Assembly: GCA_963708025.1 (NCBI GenBank)
Contig: CAVPSB010000018.1
Location: 288,001-352,000, forward strand
From: an uncultured Candidatus Rokubacteria bacterium
Lineage (GTDB): Bacteria; Methylomirabilota; Methylomirabilia; Rokubacteriales; DASRDR01
Length of the DNA: 64,000 bases
Direction: 5' to 3'
The notes beneath the pieces are model-generated. The model did not search any database, had not been told where the DNA came from, and saw nothing but the letters and a program-made list of their open reading frames with translations. The position numbers and the translations under genes are program-made. Positions 39,255-48,062 of this stretch are shown one piece after another (positions within the stretch are counted from its first letter, which is position 1; each line of letters opens with the position of its first letter).

Positions 39255-41248
39255 CCCGGGACCGGGGCTCGGCGGCGCGCCCGCCCGCGCGGCTGTCCCG
39301 CCTCACGCCGTACGGGGTGGCCGTCGGGGTCACCGCGCTGGCCATCCTGGCCTCGCTCTCGCTCGGCCTGCCGATCGACGCCAACGCGTTTCCACTCCTC
39401 CTGGCGGCGGTCATGGTCAGCGCCTGGTACGGCGGGCTCGGTCCCGGGCTCGTCTCTACCCTCCTGGGCGCCACCACCGGCACACTGGTCTCGCTCCCGC
39501 CCGCGTATACGACGGGTGCGGGACCTGCCAGGGTCGTGCCGCTGGCCGCGTTCCTGCTCGAGGCGGTGGTGATCTGCGGGCTGAGCACGGTGCTCCGGGC
39601 GTCCCAGCGCCGCGCCGAGGCCCTGGCGGTGAGCGAGCAGACGGCCCGGAGCGAGGTGGAGGCGACGGCCCAGCGACTGCGCGACCTGCAGAGCGTCACC
39701 GACGCCGCGCTGGGCTACCTGCACCTCGACGACCTCCTGCGCGAGCTGATCGGGCGGATCCGCGAGGCCCTGGCCGCCGACACCGTGGTCATCCTGCTAC
39801 TGACCGAGGACGGGAAGGAGCTGGCGGTCCGGGCGGCCCACGGCCTGGAGCAGGAGGTGCTGCAGGGGATCCGGATCCCGATGGGGCACGGCATCGCCGG
39901 TCGCATCGCGGCCGGGCGGGAGCCGAAGGTCTTCGAGGACCTCGCCTCCGAGGAGATCGCCAGTCCCGTCCTCCGCGCGAAGGGCCTCCAGGCCCTCCTG
40001 GGCGTTCCGCTGATCGTCGAGGGCCGGGTGATCGGCGTCGTCCACGTCGGCACCCTGCGGCTCCGCCGGTTCGGCGAGGACGAGGTCCGCCTCCTGCGCC
40101 TGGTGGCCGACCGCATCGCCATCGCCATCGACCACGCGCGGCTGTTCGAGGCCGAGCGTCAGGCCCGGGCGGCGGCCGAGACCGCCGAGCGGCGGTTCCG
40201 GCTGCTGGTCGACGGCGTGGCGGACTACGCCCTGTACATGCTGGACGGCGCGGGGCGGGTGGTGAGCTGGAACGCGGGCGCGGAGCGGGTGAAGGGGTAC
40301 CGGGCGGAGGAGATCCTCGGCCGTCACTTCGCGGTCTTCTACCGCCCGGAGGACGTCCGGCGCGGCGTCCCGGAGCACGTCCTGGCCCGGGCCGCCGCCG
40401 AGGGGCGGTACGAGGAGGAGCGCTGGCGGCTCCGCAAGGACGGCTCGCGATTCTGGAGCAGCGTGACGGTGACCGCGGTCCGCGACGCCGAGGGGCTGCT
40501 GATCGGCTTCGCCACCCTGACCCACGATCTCACCGAGCGGCGGCGGGCGGCCGAGATCCGGACGCGGCTGCTCGAGCAGGTGATCTCGGCCCAGGAGTCG
40601 GAGCAGCGGCGGCTCGCCCGGGAGCTGCACGACGAGACCGGGCAGTCGCTCACCTCGCTGCTCGTCGGCCTGCGCGTCCTGGAGGACGCCGCCGTGCTCG
40701 AGGAGGTGCGGAGCCGGGCGGCCGAGCTGCGCCGCCTCACGGCCCAGACGCTCGACGAGGTCCGCCGCCTCGCCCGTGGGCTCCGGCCGACCGTGCTCGA
40801 CGACCTCGGCCTGGTCCCGGCGCTGGAGCACTACGCGGCCGAGTACGGGGAGTCGCACGGGATCGCGGTGGACGTCGAGGCCCGGAGCCTGGACGGCGCG
40901 CGGCTGCCGCCGGCGGTCGAGACCACGCTCTACCGGATCGTCCAGGAGGCCCTCACCAACGTCGCGAAGCACGCCGGGGCCCGCACGGTCAGCATCGTCC
41001 TCCAGCGCCAGCCGACCTGGGTCCAGGCGATCGTCGCCGACGACGGCTGCGGCTTCGACGTGGACCGGGCGATGAAGGCCGAGGCGTCGTGGACGCACCT
41101 GGGGCTCCACGGGATGGGGGAGCGGGCGGCGCTGCTGAACGGGTCGGTGACGATCGAGTCGACACCGGGAGAGGGCACGACCGTGTACGCCCGGCTCCCG
41201 ATCGCGGAGGCGCAGGATGGGACGGATTCGAGTCCTGATCGCGGATGA
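39251..41248 (+). CDS. Sensor histidine kinase (DUF4118-like TM, GAF, PAS, HisKA_3, HATPase)
   Basis: 'SAWYGGLGPG'; GAF 'LLGVPL..IGVV'; PAS 'SWNAGAE...RKDGSRFW'; 'RLARELHDETGQ'; 'YRIVQEALTNVAKH'; 'DDGCGF'. Confidence 0.92.
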   Translation: MTRDRGSAARPPARLSRLTPYGVAVGVTALAILASLSLGLPIDANAFPLLLAAVMVSAWYGGLGPGLVSTLLGATTGTLVSLPPAYTTGAGPARVVPLAAFLLEAVVICGLSTVLRASQRRAEALAVSEQTARSEVEATAQRLRDLQSVTDAALGYLHLDDLLRELIGRIREALAADTVVILLLTEDGKELAVRAAHGLEQEVLQGIRIPMGHGIAGRIAAGREPKVFEDLASEEIASPVLRAKGLQALLGVPLIVEGRVIGVVHVGTLRLRRFGEDEVRLLRLVADRIAIAIDHARLFEAERQARAAAETAERRFRLLVDGVADYALYMLDGAGRVVSWNAGAERVKGYRAEEILGRHFAVFYRPEDVRRGVPEHVLARAAAEGRYEEERWRLRKDGSRFWSSVTVTAVRDAEGLLIGFATLTHDLTERRRAAEIRTRLLEQVISAQESEQRRLARELHDETGQSLTSLLVGLRVLEDAAVLEEVRSRAAELRRLTAQTLDEVRRLARGLRPTVLDDLGLVPALEHYAAEYGESHGIAVDVEARSLDGARLPPAVETTLYRIVQEALTNVAKHAGARTVSIVLQRQPTWVQAIVADDGCGFDVDRAMKAEASWTHLGLHGMGERAALLNGSVTIESTPGEGTTVYARLPIAEAQDGTDSSPDRG

Positions 41249-41903
41249 CCACGCCGTTCTCCGGGCCGGACTCCGCGTCCTGATCGGAGCCCAGGCGGAC
41301 ATGGAGGTGGTCGCCGAGGCCGCCGACGGCGACGAAGCCCTGCGGAAGACCGTGGAGACCCGGCCCGACGTGGCGTTGGTGGACATCACGATGCCGGGCC
41401 GCGGGGGCATCCAGGCGATCGAGCGGATCCGCCAGGGGTGCCCGGCGACGCGGGTGCTCGTCCTCACCATGCACGACGTGCCGGCCTACCTCCGCTCGGC
41501 CCTGGCGGCCGGCGCGACCGGCTACGTCGTCAAGCGGGCCGCGGATTCGGAGCTCATCTCCGCGATCCGCGGCGTCCACCGGGGCCGCACGGTCCTGGAT
41601 CCCGCGCTGGCCGTGATGGTCGTGCAGGGCGCCATCGCCAAGCGGGTCGGCGGCGGCCAGCCGGTCGGATCGGCGAGCCTCCTGAGCCCGCGGGAGCGGG
41701 AGGTGCTCGACCTGATCGCCCAGGGGTACACGAACCAGCAGATCGCCGACCGACTGGGGCTGAGCATCAAGACCGTGGAGACGTACCGGTCGCGGCTCGT
41801 CGAGAAGCTCGGGCTCCACAGCCGGGCCGATCTCGTCCGGTACGCGGTCGACAGCGGCCTCTTCGGCTCCGGACAAGGTTCGCCCTCGGGCCCCTCCCAG
41901 TAA
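41217..41903 (+). CDS. NarL/FixJ-family response regulator
   Basis: 'IADDH','DITMP','LSPREREVL...TVETYRSRL..KL'. Confidence 0.95.
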   Translation: MGRIRVLIADDHAVLRAGLRVLIGAQADMEVVAEAADGDEALRKTVETRPDVALVDITMPGRGGIQAIERIRQGCPATRVLVLTMHDVPAYLRSALAAGATGYVVKRAADSELISAIRGVHRGRTVLDPALAVMVVQGAIAKRVGGGQPVGSASLLSPREREVLDLIAQGYTNQQIADRLGLSIKTVETYRSRLVEKLGLHSRADLVRYAVDSGLFGSGQGSPSGPSQ

Positions 41904-41911
41904 GCGTCCAC

Positions 41912-42065
41912 CGGGGTTTCCCCGACTCCTCAGGTCATTGTCCTGGCATACGGCTGCCCAGTAGCCGGCTAGGATGAGCGCGGGATGGACGCTGGGCCAC
42001 GCCGCGGCAGGCCGCGCCGCTGTGGGGAGTTTACCCGACAACGTAGGCACGTTGCCCCGGCAGAC
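41912..42065 (+). promoter_or_regulatory. Pair of imperfect ~38 bp direct repeats, candidate regulator sites
   Basis: GTTTCCCCGAC-N4-CAGG..TTGTCCTGGCATAC versus GTTTACCCGAC-N4-TAGG..TTGCCCCGGCAGAC. Confidence 0.35.
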
Positions 42066-42126
42066 TTCCGCCAGGCCGTCGCCCTAGGATGTCGTCGTAC
42101 AGAGGCGCGCCCCTATTGGAAAAAGC

Positions 42127-43007
42127 ATGAAGGTGACGAAGTTTCGCCGTAGTGGGAGCCAGGGGCTGGCGCCGACCCCGAACGAGGGGGGAGAGGCTGC
42201 CACCGCTCCCGAGGGGGTGACGGAAGGCTCACGGAAGGTGTACCCTCCGGTCTCTCTGGTCCTCCCGACCTACAACGAGACGAAGAACCTGCCTCGCTTG
42301 ATCCCGCGGCTCACGAGCACGCTCGAGCGCGTTGGGACGCCGTTCGAGATCATCGTGGTGGACGACGACAGTCCCGACGGGACCTGGGCCCTTGCCGGCG
42401 AAATGGCCCGGATGGACCCCCGGCTCCGCGTGATCCGGCGCCGGGGCGAGCGCGGCCTCGCGACCGCGGTGGTGGCGGGCTGGAAGGCGGCGCAGGGGGA
42501 GATCCTCGGCGTCATGGACGCCGACCTTCAGTATCCTCCGGAAGGTCTTCCGGACCTGCTGGAGGCGATCGTCGAGGATGCGGTCAACGTCGTGGTCGCC
42601 AGCCGATATGCGCCGGGCGCCCGCCGGGAAGGGTGGAGCCTTCGGCGCGAGATCGTGTCGCGGGGGGCCATCCTCTGGCGAAGCTCGCCGTGCCGCGAGC
42701 CCTGGGCCGGCTCCGGGACCCCAACTCCGGATACTTCCTGATCCGGCGACGCGTCATCGAGAACGTCGATCTCCGCCCCGTCGGCTTCAAGATCCTGATC
42801 GAAGTGCTCGCCCGTGGCCGCTGGCACCACGTGGTGGAGCTCCCGCAGGCGTACGAGGGTCGGCGCGAGGGGAAGAGCAAGCTGGGCTCCCGACAGACGG
42901 TCGAGTTCCTCTCCCACCTGGCCCGGCTCGCCTTGGACACGCGCGTGCTGAAGCGTGCCTGGCCCGGCCGGCTCGCCCGCCACCTCGGCCCCCTGGAACC
43001 CCGATGA
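42127..43007 (+). CDS. Polyprenol-monophosphomannose synthase (DPM1-like GT2); frameshift ~42675
   Basis: 'LVLPTYNE','VDDDSPDGT','RGLATAV','VMDADLQYPP', then in the next frame 'DPNSGYF...GFKILIEVL...GKSKL'. Confidence 0.85.
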
Positions 43008-43061
43008 GACACCCTGTGTCAACCCTCTCGTTCCGGCGACCTCGTACCACGACGGGACTGC

Positions 43062-43119
43062 GGGGCGCCCCCCCTCCCCCCGGCGGGTGGGGAGGGGTCG
43101 GGGGTGGGGGTGGACCCCA
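43062..43119 (-). repeat. Repeat family B copy
   Basis: Reverse complement GGTCCACCCCCACCCCCGACCCCTCCCCACCCGCCGGGGG..AGGGGGG resembles 19543-19600. Confidence 0.6.
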
Positions 43120-44175
43120 ATGAGCCCGCTCCGGCTCGGAATCATCGGGGCCGGCTCGATCGTCGCGAAGAAGCATCTCCTGGCCCTGGCGGAAGTGCCC
43201 GAGATCGCAGTGGTGGGTCTGTGTCGGCGTGATGGCGGAGAGCTCCGGGCCCTCGCCGATCGATTCCGCATCCCGGACCGCTACACGGACTACCGCGCCC
43301 TGCTGCGCGACCCCGACATCGACGCGGTGCTGATCGCCACCGGTCCCGCCGCCCAGCCCGAGATCGCGATGAACGCCGTGGTCGCCGGGAAGCACGTGTT
43401 CGCGGAGAAGCCGATGGCCGTGACGTCGGCCGAGGCGCGCGCGATGAGCGAGGCGATCCACCACTCGCCGGTGCACTTCCAGATCGGCTTCAACAAGCGG
43501 TTCTACTACGGCTACCGGACGGCATGGCAGCTGATCCGCGCCGGCGGGCTCGGCACGCCGACCGGGCTCCACGCCCGGTTCTGGTTCCAGCCCGGGCGCG
43601 CCGATCCCCTGCTGCACAACGGCCTCCACTTCCTCGATCTGGCCCGGTTCTTCATGGGCCCCGTCGACGAGGTGTTCGCTCGAACGGCGGAGGCGGCGAT
43701 CACGGCGTCGAGGGCCGAAACCTGGGCGGTGTCGCTCCGGTTCGCCAGCGGCGCGGTGGGGAACCTCCTCATCTCGTCCCTGGCGTCCTGGGACTACGTG
43801 AACGAGCACGTGGACCTCGTGGGGTCGAATCACAGCGCGGTCTCCGTGGAGAACGGCCGCGCGGTCCGGGTCTTCCGGCGGGGTGACGAGAACCGCGCCG
43901 AGCTCCGCGAGAACACCCTGTCCGCCCACTGGTGGTCCGGTAACGAGGAGCAGGGGTTCACCCCGCAGCTGCGGGTCTTCGCTCGGTCCGTCCTGCACGG
44001 ACGGCGCGCGGCCCTCGATGACGATCTCGGACCGCTGGCCGCGGGATCCGAGGATGGGGTCCGGGCGCTGGAGTTGCTGGAAGCGGTGCGAGAGTCGGCG
44101 GCGAAGGGCCAGCCGGTTTCCCTGCCCCCCGGCGGGGCCGAGCAGGACCGTTCGCTGGCGCCGGCTCTCCCTTAG
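43120..44175 (+). CDS. Gfo/Idh/MocA oxidoreductase
   Basis: 'LGIIGAG','GKHVFAEKP','GFNKRF','HFLDL'. Confidence 0.9.
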   Translation: MSPLRLGIIGAGSIVAKKHLLALAEVPEIAVVGLCRRDGGELRALADRFRIPDRYTDYRALLRDPDIDAVLIATGPAAQPEIAMNAVVAGKHVFAEKPMAVTSAEARAMSEAIHHSPVHFQIGFNKRFYYGYRTAWQLIRAGGLGTPTGLHARFWFQPGRADPLLHNGLHFLDLARFFMGPVDEVFARTAEAAITASRAETWAVSLRFASGAVGNLLISSLASWDYVNEHVDLVGSNHSAVSVENGRAVRVFRRGDENRAELRENTLSAHWWSGNEEQGFTPQLRVFARSVLHGRRAALDDDLGPLAAGSEDGVRALELLEAVRESAAKGQPVSLPPGGAEQDRSLAPALP

Positions 44176-44203
44176 CCGGAGGCCGGACGAGGAGGGGCAC
44201 GTC

Positions 44204-45352
44204 TTGAGCATCACAGCAGGCCATCCAGCGGGGGGATGGGGGCGACGGCCCCTCAACGTGGCGATCGTCGGCTGCGGCGCCGTCGGCCAGCGGGAGGCCG
44301 CGGCCGTCGGCTCGATCCCCGATCTCCAGCTGGTCGCGATCTCGGACTTCGGGCCGGCCTTCCGGCACCTGGCCCTCCAGATGGGCGCCCAGTACGGCTG
44401 CGACACCGTGCACGACTGGCGACACCTGGTCGCCCGGAACGACATCGACATCGTCGTGGTGGCCACCCCGAACAGCTTTCACCGGGAGATGAGCATCGAG
44501 GCGATGAAGCAGGGGAAGCACGTCATCTGCGAGAAGCCCCTCGCCACGACCCCGGAAGACGCGGAGGAGATGGTCGCGGCGGCGAAGGCCACCGGCGCCA
44601 GGCTGATGACGAACTTCAACCATCGGGCCCACGATCACATGCGCCGGGCGAGACAGGTTCTCGACCAGGGCCTCGTCGGCCGTCCCATGTTCTTCCGGGG
44701 CCGGATCGGCCACAGCCGCTTCGTGCTGGGCCCCTCGCCCGGGAGCCCCGATCGCTTCCGGGGCCAGAGCATCTGGAACCTGGATGCCGCCCAGTCGGGT
44801 GGGGGCACCCTCATCGACAACGGCGTGCACGTGCTCGATCTGGCGCGCTGGTTCATGGGCGCGGAGTTCGTCGAGGCCCAGGGAAGCCTCACGCACACCC
44901 TCGACATCTGCGAGGAGGCGCCGGACGGGACCATCCGCGTCGGCCGGCCAAGCGAGTGCGAGGACAACGCCTTCGGGCTGTTCCGGACCGCCGATGGCCG
45001 CGTCGCCAGCGTCCACTCCTCCTGGACGCAGTGGCAGGGATACCTCTACCTGGAGATCTTCGGGACGCACGGCACCCTGGTCGTCGACAACGACCAGATC
45101 CAGGGCCAGGTGTCGTACCACGTGTTCGAGCGCCACGGCGAGCCCATCGCCACGACGACCGAGAGGCCAGCCCTGGCCAAGCCGGACCCCTCGTGGCGTC
45201 GCCACCTGCAGGAGCTGCTCGACGCCATCCGGGAGGAGCGGGACCCGGTGCCGAGCGGCCGCGACGGGCTGCGCGCGGCCCGGATGGTCGACGCCCTCTA
45301 CCGGTCGGCGGCCGCCGGCCGGGCCGAGCCGATCCCGGCGGATGCGCCCTAG
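44204..45352 (+). CDS. Gfo/Idh/MocA oxidoreductase
   Basis: 'VAIVGCG','ATPNSFH','GKHVICEKP','SGGGTLIDNGVHVLD'. Confidence 0.9.
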   Translation: MSITAGHPAGGWGRRPLNVAIVGCGAVGQREAAAVGSIPDLQLVAISDFGPAFRHLALQMGAQYGCDTVHDWRHLVARNDIDIVVVATPNSFHREMSIEAMKQGKHVICEKPLATTPEDAEEMVAAAKATGARLMTNFNHRAHDHMRRARQVLDQGLVGRPMFFRGRIGHSRFVLGPSPGSPDRFRGQSIWNLDAAQSGGGTLIDNGVHVLDLARWFMGAEFVEAQGSLTHTLDICEEAPDGTIRVGRPSECEDNAFGLFRTADGRVASVHSSWTQWQGYLYLEIFGTHGTLVVDNDQIQGQVSYHVFERHGEPIATTTERPALAKPDPSWRRHLQELLDAIREERDPVPSGRDGLRAARMVDALYRSAAAGRAEPIPADAP

Positions 45353-45566
45353 CCCAGCCCTAGCCCGGATCATTCGCGAAGCGTGGTGACCGGCGAGGGG
45401 CGGGTGGCGCCGGGGGCCGCTCCCAGCGCGGAGCATCCCGTTTCTAGGGGCTCGCGGGTTGGCTTCACGTTGGGGACGAAACCGGCGGGCGGATGTAGGG
45501 CCGCAGATGCGAGCACTGGGAGCGGCCCCCGGCGACAGGACCCGCCCCGCCACGACGGCTTCATGA

Positions 45567-47253
45567 ATGGATCGGGCTAGCGCGCGGCACGTCGCTCCCG
45601 CCCAGGCGCCCGGAGCGTCCCCGGTCGGGCCACCGGTCGACGCGGCCTCGAGCCGGGACGACGTGGTCACCGGCGCCCGGCCGGCGCCGACGACCGAGAG
45701 GCCGGGACCCGGCCCTCGCCGGGAGTGGGCGTGGCTCGCCGTCATCCTGCTGGGGGCGCTGGCCCTGCGGGTCTACGGGCTCCGGTGGGGCCTGCCGGGG
45801 CGGATCGACCTGAACCCGGACGAGAGCACGGTGCTGGGGATCGTGGGCCGGATGAGCTGGCAGCACCTGGATCCGGGCGCGTACTTCTACGGCGGGTTCT
45901 TCTACGAGGTCTGCGTGCTGGTCCGGAGCATCCTGCGGGCCCTCCGGCCGGGCATCGGGGAGCCGAGCCTCGTCCTCGCCTACCGGGGCGTCAGCGCGCT
46001 GTTCGGCACCGCGACGGTGGCCGTGCTCTACCTGCTGCTGCGGCGGGTCGCCCCGCCGGGGCCGGCGCCGCTGCTCGGCGCCGCGTTCCTCGCGGTCATG
46101 CCGCTCCATGTCTGGGACAGTCACTTCGCGGTCACCGACGTCACGCTGACGTTCTGGATGACGGCGAGCGTCACCGCCGCCGTCTGGGCGTACCAGCGCC
46201 CGGGCTGGCTTCCGTTCGCTCTCGCGTCGGCGCTGGCCGGGTTGGCCACCGGCACGAAGTTCAACGGCGCCTTCGCCACCGTCGCCATCGCGCTGGCGGC
46301 GCTGGCGGCCCTGTGGGAGCGGCGCGTCCGCGTCGGGCAGGTTCTCGCCTGGGGCGCCCTCGGCGTGGCGGCGGCGCTGCTGGCGCTGTTCGTCGCGTCG
46401 CCGCACATGTTCCTCAAGGGGGCGGACACCTGGCGGGCCTTCCAGCACGAGATGGAGCGCGTCCACGACCTCGATTACGGCTTCAACCTGTACGTGCCCG
46501 GCTGGCAGTACAGGCCCTACGTCTACCAGTTCGGCGCCGCCTTCCCGTTCAGCTTCGGCGTGGCGCTCTACGCGGCGCTGCTCGGCGGCCTGATCTACTG
46601 CGCGGTCCGGTGGCGTCGGGTCCTGATCGTGCCGTTCGGGTACGCGGCGTTCTACCTGGGCGTCATGGGGAGCTGGGAGTTCGTCCCGATCCGCTACTAC
46701 CTGCCGTTCGAGCCCGTGCTCCTGATGGCGCCCGCGCTCGCGCTGGCGGCGGGCCTGACGGCGCCGGCCCCCCGGCTCCGGCGGTGGACGGGCGCGGCGC
46801 TGGTCCTGGTGCTCGCCTACACGGTGGCCTTCACGGTCTCCACCACCGCCCGGTTCACCGACGACACGCGGCTCCAGGCCCAGCGATGGCTCCAGCAGCG
46901 GGTGCGCGGAGGGACACGACGTTCTCACGGTGGGCGCCGAATGGTACCTGCCGGCGCCGAACGGGCCCCGGGTGACGAACCTCCTCCATGTACGGCGCGA
47001 TGCCGGGCGTACGTCGCCGAGCGTCGACCCGACTACGTGGTGCTGACCAGCCTGCACTACGCCCGCTCCTACCGGCAGCAGGACGACAACGTCGCCATGT
47101 GGGATACGGTCCGCAAGGGCGTGCTCCCGTACCGCCTCGCCGAGCGCTTCCGGGCGGAGTACCTGAACTGGCACTTCTACACGGAGGCTGGACCCGATGT
47201 ACGAGGGGTACTTCATCTCGCCGACGATCGAGGTCTATCGGCGCCTCGACTGA
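45567..47253 (+). CDS. GT-C (ArnT/PMT-like) membrane glycosyltransferase; indels in the 3' part
   Basis: 'WGLP...NPDE','SHFAVTD','TGTKFNG','RYYLP'; C-terminus reconstructed across frames to '...PTIEVYRRLD*'. Confidence 0.8.
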
Positions 47254-47259
47254 AGATCG

Positions 47260-47418
47260 TCGGGGGTCTCGCAAGCCCCCCGATTCCCCCCCTCGGAGGC
47301 CGCGGCCGTTGGACGGCCTTCGGCCTTTGGGCCGTGGCTCGAAGCGGTCCGCCACGACCGCGTGGCCAGAGCCAGGCGGTTGCGAGGAGCCGCCGGGCGG
47401 CGAGAATGAGAGCCGCCC
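47260..47418 (-). repeat. Repeat family A, long copy
   Basis: Reverse complement of the 21694-21856 element (core GGACGGCCTTCGGCCTTTGGG). Confidence 0.75.
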
Positions 47419-47423
47419 TCATG

Positions 47424-47990
47424 ACCCGCTCCGCTACCTGGTGGTCCGCAAGGCCGGCCCGGCGCTAACCGAGGAGATGCGGCCGGCATGGCGCGCGGTC
47501 CCGGAGAGCCCGACCGCCGCTCCTGCGCTTCCCGGGGACGCGCCTCGGCCATCGAGCTCGACGGAGTCAACCTCTCGCCCGACCGTCGGGGGTACAATCT
47601 GGTGGCGCTCGATCCGGCCGGGAGGCTCCTCCGGGCGTCGGCCCTCGACACGTTCCGGGCGTCGAGGTCGGCGCGGCGGCTCGCGGCGTGGGTCGCGGCG
47701 CTGCCGGCGGGGACGATCGTCGCGGGCGCGGTGCGGGACGAGGCGTCGGGCCAGCTGGCCGAGGAGGCGGTGCAGGCGCTGCGCACGCTGGGCGTGGCGG
47801 GTGACCTGCGCAGCCGGTTCCGCGAGGCCCACGCCTGCGTGGGCGTGAAGGGTGCCACGCCCGGCTCGGCGCTGGAAGCGCTGGGCTCGCGCCGGTCGAG
47901 CTGGCGTCGGAGAGCGCTCGCCGGCAGGGGAAGGGGCCCCGAGCCGGCGTGGGTCTGGAGCTGAGGGAGTTTGCGCTCGAAGCAGCGGCT
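47424..47990 (+). pseudogene. Deleted remnant of an ILEI-GT-C paralog
   Basis: 'PLRYLVVR...PPLLRF.G' joined directly to the ILEI-like 'IELDG..LSPDRRGYNLVALD...AGAVRDEASG...VGVKG'. No TM region. Confidence 0.75.
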
Positions 47991-48062
47991 GGGGTTCGTC
48001 CATGAGGCGGGCGATCGGGGCCACCCGGACCCGACGCGCCCGGCTCGGTGCCGCCCGGGGTC

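Noticed and set aside
17461-47418. Repeat family A as CRISPR repeats
   Set aside because: Copies are kilobases apart, with no regular spacers and no cas genes.
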